Below are positions 1 to 7,650 of a stretch of DNA of 20,900 bases, in pieces. The notes under the pieces are model-generated. The model was not told the origin of the DNA. It saw only the letters and a list, made by a program, of their open reading frames with translations, and did not search any database. Position 1 is the first letter of the stretch, and every line of letters starts with the position of its first letter. The position numbers and the translations under genes were made by a program. The stretch is from Thermotogota bacterium (GTDB taxonomy: Bacteria; Bipolaricaulota; Bipolaricaulia; UBA7950; UBA9294), in NCBI GenBank assembly GCA_039679545.1, contig JBDKUT010000148.1, forward strand, positions 1 through 20,900, given 5' to 3'.

Positions 1-69
1 AGCGGTGCATCGGCGCGGAGTCGCCGCCGCGACCGCGGCGGCGGCCGATCGGCGCTTCGGCGAGGTCAT
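1..69 (-). CDS. 5' end of a possible minus-strand gene running off the window (MTSPKRRSAAAAVAAATPRRCTA...)
   Basis: ATG at 69-67 preceded by GGAG 7 nt upstream; frame open to the window edge; 'RRCTA' resembles the start of a Cys-containing zinc-ribbon motif. Only 23 codons are visible. Confidence 0.35.
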   Translation of the reverse strand, partial: MTSPKRRSAAAAVAAATPRRCTA

Positions 70-523
70 TCGTTGGCTCCGGGTCTGACAACGTGGGAAG
101 CGCAACGCAGAGCACGCGGAGGGGACGGAGAAACCGCAGTGAGAACAGAGAGCCTGGGAGTGGATGACGATCTAAGAACTATGCTGCTGTTGAACCCGAT
201 CGAGGAAGCTGGCTTCGCACGGGCTCGTGGCGAAGCATAGCCCGCTGCTCTGGCCCTGCCCTACCCGATACCCTTACGGGGTACTCATGAACTCCTTCAT
301 GTAGGGTCTGCACTTGGTCTTGATGCTCGATCCCTGGGGGCAGATCAGCTGGCCAGATCTGCCATGTGGGAAGATTGCGGACTAGATCGCTGAGAGGGTA
401 CTGCAATTCGCCGTAGAAGTCATTGGACGCAATCACACGGGGGGCGCTAGACTGCTCCGGGCATGTGCGCAGCTGGGGTAGGCAAGGCTCTGGTCGTGAT
501 GGTCGAAGCCTGGAGGACCATGT

Positions 524-1792
524 ATGAAGGGGACTATCAAGTTTGTTGACGTGAAGACTGGGCTTTGGGGATTCATCGTTCCTGAGGATGGGAGTCCGGA
601 TGTCCATCTGGACGTCTCTGACTTCTCTGGCCCGCGGCCCGGCCCTGCCGACGCAGGACTCCCAATCGAGTTTGATCTTGATGAAGCGGATGGTAAGCGG
701 CACGCTCGGTCTCCTCGCCTTCTTGCTGCGCCTTCGCCGCCATCCGCACGCCAGGAAGTACCGGGCAAGGCCCTAACGCGCTGGGCCTTTGTACCCTTTG
801 TCCCCTTCACCAACAGTGAAGGCAGGAGGTACGCGACGGTAACTGAGCTGCTGGCGTCTGTGGCGCTTCCCGAGAGATGGCACTTCGGCCAGGACCCTGA
901 TCCTGAAGATCCGTATCCCATCCTGAAGAACTACCTGACATACACGTTCCATAGGCTGCAGCGCGAAGGGAAACTGGTGGAGTACAGATCCGCTCAGGAG
1001 AGCTGGGCGGCCTTCAATCCTGGGCTTGTTGATAGCCTCTACGACCGCATTTTCGCGCTCTTCACGCAGAATCGGCGGCAAGAGCCCGAGTGGTACTTCC
1101 ACGACTTCTGCGTGCCAGGCAAGGGCAAGTCGGGGAAGCAGCTTACGTCAGTCTTCGACCCTCTACCGAAGGCTGCGACGTACTTCTCCAACAGCTTCGA
1201 CATGCTACTGGACACGTCGAGAGACATCCACGTGGACTACGAACATGTAATCATGGATGGGATACGAAGGGACCGGTTTCCCCACGCGTTCGTTGAGAGC
1301 CACTGTCCCAAGGGATGGCAGGAAGAGAAGTACTGGGAGTTCGCCGCGGACAAGCGCGAGGCGTATCTTGGGAAGCTCGCTTCTGCAATCGCAGACGATG
1401 TTCAGTGCCTACGTGGCATCAAGAGCCGGCTGGAGGATGCCAAGGGCCTTGCAGAGAAGCGAACGTCGTGGAACTTCAAGACCGCCATTCCGCAGTACTA
1501 TCCCCGCTATGATACAATGTCATTACTCCTGCCGCTGGCGATAGTGAACGATGAGGTGGTCGACGTCGCTCTAGTGGTGACAAGGAACCCATCCGGATCA
1601 TACCAGGGGCGAACGGTCCTGCCGCTTGCTTGGGCATACATGAATGCAAGACTGGTTTGCAGGCCAGATAGCGATTGGCTCGTCCCGGATCGCATTGAAC
1701 CCGAGGAGTTCGCCAGCGAAGACGATCAGGCCAGAGACGCAGAGGTAGTGGGCGAGGAAGATACGCCGGCCCCACCTCCAGCACTTGCCTGA
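524..1792 (+). CDS. Cold-shock-domain (OB-fold) / DUF3825 domain fusion protein, 422 aa
   Basis: N-terminus MKGTIKFVDVKTGLWGFIVPEDGSPDVHL resembles CSD RNP1/RNP2 motifs. Downstream motifs typical of DUF3825: PERW, ILKNYLTYTFHRL, AAFNxGLVD, NFKTAIPQYY, SLLLPL, DVALVV, AYMNARLVCRPDSDWL. GGAGG RBS upstream; acidic Pro-rich tail. Confidence 0.8.
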   Translation: MKGTIKFVDVKTGLWGFIVPEDGSPDVHLDVSDFSGPRPGPADAGLPIEFDLDEADGKRHARSPRLLAAPSPPSARQEVPGKALTRWAFVPFVPFTNSEGRRYATVTELLASVALPERWHFGQDPDPEDPYPILKNYLTYTFHRLQREGKLVEYRSAQESWAAFNPGLVDSLYDRIFALFTQNRRQEPEWYFHDFCVPGKGKSGKQLTSVFDPLPKAATYFSNSFDMLLDTSRDIHVDYEHVIMDGIRRDRFPHAFVESHCPKGWQEEKYWEFAADKREAYLGKLASAIADDVQCLRGIKSRLEDAKGLAEKRTSWNFKTAIPQYYPRYDTMSLLLPLAIVNDEVVDVALVVTRNPSGSYQGRTVLPLAWAYMNARLVCRPDSDWLVPDRIEPEEFASEDDQARDAEVVGEEDTPAPPPALA

Positions 1793-1860
1793 TCAGGTTC
1801 GAGAGACGAGTCGGTGATTTGGCAGCTCGCCTGTGCTGAGTACGAAGGGAGGGACAGTGT

Positions 1861-2616
1861 ATGGCTGAGAAGCAGATGGCCTCTGACCGCATCCGACGGC
1901 CTGCTCCCCTGAAGATCAAGAGCGTAGCTCTTGGTGTGCGGTTCCAACCCCAATTCGGCGTGGCAGACGTGCTCGGGGAGTTGGTGGACCGCATCCTGCG
2001 ATCCGAGGGAACGCCATTTGACTCATCACGATTCCCGTTGGTGCGCGTGAACCCCGCGGAGCGGGTGCTGGTGAACGAGGAAACTGAGGAGTCCCTTCAC
2101 CTTGGCGTCAGAGACGCCATCCTAGAGGTCAATGTTGGCACTGCCGACTTCGCGGACATTGAAGGGGTGGCACAGCAGTACGATGTCTTCGTCGTTGAGA
2201 ACCTTCGCGACCTGGCTCCTCCAGCTGCGATTGACCGATACGGCATACTACTGAAGTTCGCCGAGTGCAGCAGAGAACTCGAAGAAGCACCGACGGTGCA
2301 TTACTTGGCGTCAGAGTCTCCCGAGGCGCGTACTCTCCAGCTGAGGTTCACTCGGCGGCTTGCGTGCATCGAAGCGCGTGTGAGGAAGAACGTGGACGAC
2401 TTCCGGAATGTCATCCACGCAGTTGAGCAGAGAGACAACGGCGAAGTGGACATAAGCGTCGACTACCAAGAGTACTTCAAGCCGCCACTGGATCTCGCCG
2501 ATTGGCGAGCAAAACCATTCACTCAGTTCGCTTGCCGAGGACTCGAGTACTTTGAGTCGGGGTTCGCGGAGTGGCTAAAGAGCCTGCAGCGTAAGCCTGC
2601 GCTTGTTAGGGAATGA
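1861..2616 (+). CDS. Hypothetical protein, 251 aa, possibly TIGR04255-like
   Basis: GGAGGG RBS; protein-like composition; N-terminal 'P.KIKSVALGVRF' and C-terminal 'VDISVDY' beta motifs recall TIGR04255-type proteins. The gene call is solid; the family is tentative. Confidence 0.65.
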   Translation: MAEKQMASDRIRRPAPLKIKSVALGVRFQPQFGVADVLGELVDRILRSEGTPFDSSRFPLVRVNPAERVLVNEETEESLHLGVRDAILEVNVGTADFADIEGVAQQYDVFVVENLRDLAPPAAIDRYGILLKFAECSRELEEAPTVHYLASESPEARTLQLRFTRRLACIEARVRKNVDDFRNVIHAVEQRDNGEVDISVDYQEYFKPPLDLADWRAKPFTQFACRGLEYFESGFAEWLKSLQRKPALVRE

Positions 2617-3077
2617 GCCGCCGAGCCATGCACGTGATGAAGTCGCCCGAGGAGTATCGCGAGTACTTGGACACGACGATTCGCGTCACAGATACAAGCA
2701 CAACTGCCCGACTCGAGGCCGCCGGCGCCACGGATCAGCCGTCTCCCGCTGACGTCGAAGCAGCTGGCCCAGTCCAGGCCCACGCGATGCGTGCGGCGTG
2801 GCTTCAGACGCACTGGCAAGGGGTCGTTGCTGGGGGCATTGCTACGCTCCTCGTCGGAGTCTTGAGCTGGTTGGCGGTGACCCTGATCGGCTTGTACCGC
2901 GAAGACGGCGTCACTGCGGCGAAGCTCGAAGCAGTTGATAAGAGACAGACCGAACTGTCTCACGCGATGGATCGCCTAGAAGACCGGATGGCTCGCGACA
3001 TGGATGCGCTTCGCCAACGGATGGACCAGTATCTAGCTCCTTCCTCCCCACGCGTTGACTCCGGAAGTGGCGGCTAG
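2613..3077 (+). CDS. Single-pass membrane protein with C-terminal coiled coil, 154 aa
   Basis: ATGA overlap with the upstream stop (alternative start 2637). One hydrophobic helix GVVAGGIATLLVGVLSWLAVTLIGLY followed by heptad-like LEAVDKRQTELSHAMDRLEDRMARDMDALRQRMD. Confidence 0.7.
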   Translation: MSRRAMHVMKSPEEYREYLDTTIRVTDTSTTARLEAAGATDQPSPADVEAAGPVQAHAMRAAWLQTHWQGVVAGGIATLLVGVLSWLAVTLIGLYREDGVTAAKLEAVDKRQTELSHAMDRLEDRMARDMDALRQRMDQYLAPSSPRVDSGSGG

Positions 3078-3313
3078 ACCAGCGGTCGCCTATCCTGAGC
3101 GCGGGACATCCCGCTGGTGGAAGACACAGTGGTGACGCGGCGGAGAAGCCTTGCGGGCAGGTGCTACGCAACTGAGATAGCGCGGGCCGCTTCTGCCCCT
3201 TCGAGAAAAGGGCGGGCTGCAGGCCGACAGACCGGAGGGTGCAGCAGGGACCAGCTCCCCGGGTTCTGCCACTGCTAAGTTCGAGAGCAAGACTGTGACC
3301 GAGTCCTCAGGTC

Positions 3314-3760
3314 TTGGCTCCGCCACAGTCATTCGGCATCAAGGAGGCCGACCGACGCCAGCACGTCTACATCATCGGCGAGACTGGCATGGGGAAGACG
3401 ACCCTGCTCGAGAACATGATCCTCCAGGACATCGAACAGGGTCGGGGAGTTGGAGTCCTTGACCCGCACAGCGACCTGGCACAAAGGCTGCTCGAGTTCA
3501 TTCCCCGCCACAGGATCAACGACGTGGTCTACTTCAGCCCGCAGGATCTTGCGCGGCCGTTCGCGTTGAACCCGTTCGAGCAGGTGGACGCCGAGAAGCG
3601 CCACCTCGTGGCGGCATCGCTGATGTCTGTCTTCGAGAAGCTGTTCGCCTCCTCGTGGGGACCGCGCATGGCGCACATCCTACGCAATAGCATCTTGGCG
3701 CTTCTCGAAGTGCCCGGTTCAACCCTCCTCTCAATTCCCCGACTCTTGTGTGATGCACAT
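3314..3760 (+). pseudogene. Truncated VirD4/TraD/TrwB (type IV coupling protein; HerA/FtsK superfamily) ATPase fragment
   Basis: FGIKEADRRQHVYIIGETGMGKTTLLENMILQDI (Walker A), GVGVLDPHSDL, DVVYF.P.D...P..LNP, SWGPRMAHILRNSILALL. Similarity ends at about LLSIPRLLCD; no C-terminal Walker B region; only a TTG start without a clear RBS. Confidence 0.8.
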
Positions 3761-3898
3761 TGGAGTGGAGGATTCGAACTCAGAGAACCGAAACGGCGAC
3801 GGTCGCAGAGATGAACGGCAAGCAGACACGCGCCAAGCACGGGAATCCTGAGCCGAAGACTTCCTCTGCGTCCGCCGCGTTGAGGCCTCTCGGGCTTC
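3761..3898 (-). repeat. Long imperfect inverted repeat with tRNA T-arm-like distal end
   Basis: 3796-3810 gcgacggtcgcagag vs 3864-3878 ctctgcgtccgccgc (13/15 complementary; one of the two mismatches is G-U on the minus strand). Outer arms 3776-3789 / 3884-3898. The minus strand ends GAGTTCGAATCCTCCACTCCA. Confidence 0.6.
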
Positions 3899-4593
3899 TA
3901 GGCGCCGATTCGCGTCCCGACGCGGTCGCCCTCCGAGAGGGCACGAAGTGCCCCCGGTCGGTCGAAGTCGAACACCTCGATCGGAAGACGGTGCTCGCGG
4001 CAGATCTCGACGGCAACCTGATCCATCACGCCGTACCGCGCCGCAAGAAACTCATCGAACGAGATGTCGGCCAAGCGACGGGCGTCCGAGCTCTTCGCCG
4101 GATCACGATCGAACACGCCGGAGACATTCGACGCCTTCGCGAGGAGATCGGCGTCGATCGACACGGCCCGGAGCGCCGCGGCCGTGTCGGTCGTGACGAG
4201 CGGGCTTCCCGTCCCGCCGGCGAACACAACGATCGCCCCCCCGGCGAGGGCCTTCCTGGCGTCGCGCGGGGAGATCGGATCGGTCAGCTCGGTGCCGACC
4301 GCCGACTGGACGAAGACGTCACGCCCCGCCTGCTCGAGGTACGCTCGAAGAGCGAGGGCGTTCAGGACCGTGGCCAACATCCCGAGCGTGTCCGCTTCGA
4401 CGCGGTCGAATCCTTCGGTGCGGGCTCCGCGAATGATGTTCCCTCCGCCGACGACGATGGCGATCTGCGTCAAAGAGAGAGGCGCGATCTCTTCCGCGAT
4501 TCGGGTGAGCGAATCGGAAGAGAACGCGCCTTCGGGTCCTTTCAGGGCCTCGCCGCTCAGCTTGAGCAGGATTCGCGAGGGCCGCGGCTTCAT
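3898..4593 (-). CDS. pyrH: Uridylate kinase
   Basis: RILLKLSGEAL, IVVGGGNIIRG, GMLATVLNALAL, FAGGTGSPLVTTDTAAALRA, GVFDRDP; 4-nt overlap with tsf. Confidence 0.97.
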   Translation of the reverse strand: MKPRPSRILLKLSGEALKGPEGAFSSDSLTRIAEEIAPLSLTQIAIVVGGGNIIRGARTEGFDRVEADTLGMLATVLNALALRAYLEQAGRDVFVQSAVGTELTDPISPRDARKALAGGAIVVFAGGTGSPLVTTDTAAALRAVSIDADLLAKASNVSGVFDRDPAKSSDARRLADISFDEFLAARYGVMDQVAVEICREHRLPIEVFDFDRPGALRALSEGDRVGTRIGA

Positions 4594-5192
4594 GTTCCGG
4601 CGGCCCCCACCTCGTAGCGGGCAAACCGCTTGATAAGGATGTTCTCGCCGGTCTTCGTCCGGAGGTCTGCAAGCAAGTCCTCGATGCGAACCGTCGGGTC
4701 CTTAGCGAACGCCTGCTTGAGGAGGCAATTCTCCTCGTAGAACCGATTCAGCCGTCCCTCGACGGCCTTCTCGATGATGTGCGCCGGCTTCCCTTCCTTC
4801 TCGAGCTGCTTGCGGTACACCTCGCGTTCCTGGTCCAGGTCGGCGGCCGGAACGTTCTCCGGAGCGATGTAGCGCGGGTTCGACGCCGCGATGTGCATCG
4901 CGAGATCCTTCGAGAACTGGACGAAGTCGGCGCTCTTCGCGGCGAAGTCGGTGTTGCAGGCGATCTCGACGATCGCGCCGAGCTTGGCGCTGTGGTGTAC
5001 GTAGCATTCGACGCGGCCTTCGCTCGCCTCGCGCCCTTTCTGCCCCATGAGCTCGAGCCCCTGCTCGCGCAGGATCTGTCTCGCGCGGGCGAAATCGCCG
5101 TTGGCGTCCTGGAGTGCTTTCTTGCAGTCCATCATCCCCACGCCGGTCTCGGCGCGGAGTTTCTGCACGTCTTCGCTTCGAATGGTGGTCAT
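4590..5192 (-). CDS. tsf: Elongation factor Ts (short ~200-aa form)
   Basis: VQKLRAETGVGMMDCKKAL, EIACNTDFAAK, DLAMHIAASNP, CLLKQAFAKDP, KTGENI..KRFARYEVG; start set at ATG 5192, just after the rpsB stop. Confidence 0.97.
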   Translation of the reverse strand: MTTIRSEDVQKLRAETGVGMMDCKKALQDANGDFARARQILREQGLELMGQKGREASEGRVECYVHHSAKLGAIVEIACNTDFAAKSADFVQFSKDLAMHIAASNPRYIAPENVPAADLDQEREVYRKQLEKEGKPAHIIEKAVEGRLNRFYEENCLLKQAFAKDPTVRIEDLLADLRTKTGENILIKRFARYEVGAAGT

Positions 5193-5196
5193 GGTC

Positions 5197-6012
5197 CTAG
5201 GCGCTCTCTTCCTCGGTCTCGACTCCCACGACGGCCGCAAGCTTCTCGACAGCGGGGTCTTCCTCCCCAACGGGGGCCTCGGCGTTCACGGGCGCGGCGG
5301 CTGCCGCGGCGGCGGCCGGAGCGTCCTGCCGCCCCTCGCGTCCCTCAAGCACGGCGTCGGCGATCCGCGCGGTGATAAGCTTCGTCGCCTTGATCGCGTC
5401 GTCGTTTCCCGGAATCAGGAAGTCGATGGGATCGGGGTTGCAGTTCGTGTCCACGATCGCAATGACCGGGATCCCGAGGATGTTCGCCTCGCGGACGGCG
5501 TTCAGCTCGACGTCGGGGTCAATGATGTAGAGCACATCGGGCCTACGCTCCATGTGGCGAAGCCCGTCGAGGTTTCTCTGGAGCTTGGAGAGTTCGCGGC
5601 GCAGCCGACTCGCTTCCTTGTTCGGCATGTGCTCGACAGTCCCGTCCTCGACCATCGTCTCGAGCTTCTTCATCCACTCGATGGAGAGCTTGATCGTCGG
5701 GAAGTTCGTGAGGGTGCCTCCGAGCCAGCGGCGGTTCACGTAGTGCGCACCGCATCGCAGGGCCTCTTCGGCGATCGTCCCCTGGACCTGCTTCTTCGTG
5801 CCCACAAACAGGACCTCGCCACCCCCGGCGACGCGGTCGCGCACGAAGTAGTAGGCCTTGCGGAACATGTCGACGGTCTGCTCGAGGTCGATGATGTGGA
5901 TTCCCTTGCGCTCCGTGAAGATGTACCGAGCCATCTTCGGATTCCACTTTCGCGTACGATGTCCGAAATGGACGCCCGTCTCGAGCAGCTCCTTCATCGT
6001 TAGAACTTCCAC
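5197..6012 (-). CDS. rpsB: 30S ribosomal protein S2
   Basis: [54 protein letters not shown]; probable GTG start at 6012 after GGAGGGT; Ala/Glu-rich tail. Confidence 0.98.
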   Translation of the reverse strand: MEVLTMKELLETGVHFGHRTRKWNPKMARYIFTERKGIHIIDLEQTVDMFRKAYYFVRDRVAGGGEVLFVGTKKQVQGTIAEEALRCGAHYVNRRWLGGTLTNFPTIKLSIEWMKKLETMVEDGTVEHMPNKEASRLRRELSKLQRNLDGLRHMERRPDVLYIIDPDVELNAVREANILGIPVIAIVDTNCNPDPIDFLIPGNDDAIKATKLITARIADAVLEGREGRQDAPAAAAAAAAPVNAEAPVGEEDPAVEKLAAVVGVETEEESA

Positions 6013-6046
6013 ATCACCCTCCAAGGTTCTGAAGTCGTTTCGCGCG

Positions 6047-6075
6047 AGTATAGCCAACCCTCAATGCCCCTTCAA
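6047..6075 (-). promoter_or_regulatory. Sigma70-type promoter for rpsB-tsf-pyrH
   Basis: Minus strand TTGAAG (6075-6070), 17-nt spacer, TATACT (6052-6047). Confidence 0.7.
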
Positions 6076-6126
6076 TCCATGCGTTGCAGGGAAGAGGCCG
6101 ATCCAGGTCCCACGATCGGGCTGCGG

Positions 6127-6156
6127 TTGGGTCGCGCCGGTGGGACGGTCTATAAT
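6127..6156 (+). promoter_or_regulatory. Promoter for dnaB, divergent from rpsB
   Basis: Perfect TATAAT at 6151-6156, with 15 nt between it and the ATG; weak -35 TTGGGT. Confidence 0.6.
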
Positions 6157-6171
6157 GCCCGTCGTCCCGTC

Positions 6172-7578
6172 ATGAAACAACCCGATGTTCCATCGACCCC
6201 AAGCGAAGGCATCCGCGAGCTTCCGAAGAACGTGGAGGCGGAGCAGCAAGTGCTGGGAGCCGCCCTCCTCGACCCGGACGGAAGCGTCCCGATCCTGATC
6301 GAGCGGCTGACCCCGGAGCACTTCTACGTGCAGCGCCATCGCGTGCTGTTCCGGACGATCCGCGAGCTGTTTTCTCGCGGGGAGCCGGCGGACATCATCG
6401 CGGTCGCGAACCGCCTCGACGAGCGGGGGGACATGGAGCGCGCCGGCGGGCGTGTGTACCTGAACGAACTCCTCGACCGCGTGGCCACGACTGCGTCGCT
6501 TGAGTACCACACCGACATCGTCCGCCGAAAGGCCGTTCTCCGCGCCCTCATCGAGTCCGGCGGGCAAATCTCCGAGCTCGGCTACGACGAGGTCAGCGAC
6601 CCGGACGAGATCCTCGATCGTGCCGAGTCGAGGATCTTCGAGATCTCGGCCAACAGCCTCGAACGCTCGTACTTCCTGGTCAACGACTTCCTCTACGAGC
6701 ACATCGGGTCGCTCGAGGAGATCCACCGCGACCCGGAGCACCAGACCATTCGCGGGTTCTCGACCGGATTCAAGGAGCTCGACGACCTCACGTCCGGGCT
6801 GCAGCGTTCCGACCTGATCATCGTCGCCGGCCGGCCCGGAACCGGAAAGACGAGCCTTGCGCTGAGCTTCGTCCGGCAGGCCGCCATCCGCGACAAGGCG
6901 GCGATCGCCTGCTTCTCACTCGAGATGACCAAGGAGCAGCTCCTGGAGCGGCTCTTGTGCGGTGAGGCGAAGGTGAGTCTGCACCGACTGCGCGGCGGGT
7001 ACGTGCCGGCCCCCAAGTGGCGCGACATCGCGAACGCGGCGAGCAAGTTCCAGAAGTCGACGATCGTCATCGACGACACCCCGGGGGCTTCGGTCCTTGA
7101 GATTCGTGCCAAGTCACGCCGGATTGCGAGTCAGTACGGCCTCGACATGATCGTCGTCGACTACCTGCAGCTCGTTGACGCCGGAATCCGCACCGACGTC
7201 CGTGAGCAGGAAATTGCCTACATCTCGCGCTCAATGAAACGGCTGGCGCGGGAGCTGAACGTCCCCGTCGTCGCGGTCTCCCAGCTCTCACGCGCTGTGG
7301 AGCGCCGCGAGTCGAAACGCCCCGTCCTGTCGGACCTCCGCGAAAGCGGTGCCCTCGAGCAGGACGCCGACGTCGTCATGTTCATCTACCGCGAGGATTA
7401 CTACGCCCAACCATCGGAGGCCGTCGAGACGTCAGGACAGGGCGCCGGCGCGGAGGCGGAGATCCTCGTCGCCAAGCAGCGCCACGGACCCCCGGGGACG
7501 GTCAAGGTCCACTTCAACAAGGCCTACGCAAGCTTCTATCCCATGACGTGGGACGAGGGCGGCGCCGCACCGTTCTGA
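6172..7578 (+). CDS. dnaB: Replicative DNA helicase
   Basis: LPKNVEAEQQVLGAALL, STGFKELDDLTSGLQRSDLIIVAGRPGTGKT, FSLEM, IVVDYLQL, SQLSR, RPVLSDLRESGALEQDADVVMFIYR, AKQRHGP; no intein. Start set at ATG 6172, downstream of the -10 box. Confidence 0.98.
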   Translation: MKQPDVPSTPSEGIRELPKNVEAEQQVLGAALLDPDGSVPILIERLTPEHFYVQRHRVLFRTIRELFSRGEPADIIAVANRLDERGDMERAGGRVYLNELLDRVATTASLEYHTDIVRRKAVLRALIESGGQISELGYDEVSDPDEILDRAESRIFEISANSLERSYFLVNDFLYEHIGSLEEIHRDPEHQTIRGFSTGFKELDDLTSGLQRSDLIIVAGRPGTGKTSLALSFVRQAAIRDKAAIACFSLEMTKEQLLERLLCGEAKVSLHRLRGGYVPAPKWRDIANAASKFQKSTIVIDDTPGASVLEIRAKSRRIASQYGLDMIVVDYLQLVDAGIRTDVREQEIAYISRSMKRLARELNVPVVAVSQLSRAVERRESKRPVLSDLRESGALEQDADVVMFIYREDYYAQPSEAVETSGQGAGAEAEILVAKQRHGPPGTVKVHFNKAYASFYPMTWDEGGAAPF

Positions 7579-7605
7579 GCGGTGGTCGCTCGGTCTCACG
7601 CCCCG

Positions 7606-7648
7606 TATAATCCCCCGCGAACCGCGATTCAGGGCGAATGAGGAGGAG
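7606..7648 (+). promoter_or_regulatory. -10 box and RBS of the gcvH-gcvPA-gcvPB operon
   Basis: TATAAT at 7606-7611; AGGAGGAG at 7641-7648. Confidence 0.55.
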
Positions 7649-7650
7649 AC

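Noticed and set aside
9..49. Strong GC hairpin cgccgccgc-gacc-gcggcggcg with outer atcggc/gccgat
   Set aside because: No U-tract; plausibly a by-product of an Ala run in the minus-strand ORF.
3761..3840. Intact tRNA gene suggested by GTTCGAATCC...CCA on the minus strand
   Set aside because: The T-stem does not pair, the acceptor arm is too short, and no D or anticodon arms are found; kept only as a tRNA-like end.
150..3900. Integron cassette array explanation for the accessory genes
   Set aside because: No convincing RYYYAAC...GTTRRRY attC pairs between genes and no integrase in the window.
5197..5330. Poly-Ala/acidic C-terminal extension of S2
   Set aside because: Variable low-complexity tails are common in S2.
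7577..7591. gagcg-gtggt-cgctc hairpin after dnaB as a terminator
   Set aside because: Short stem with no U-tract.
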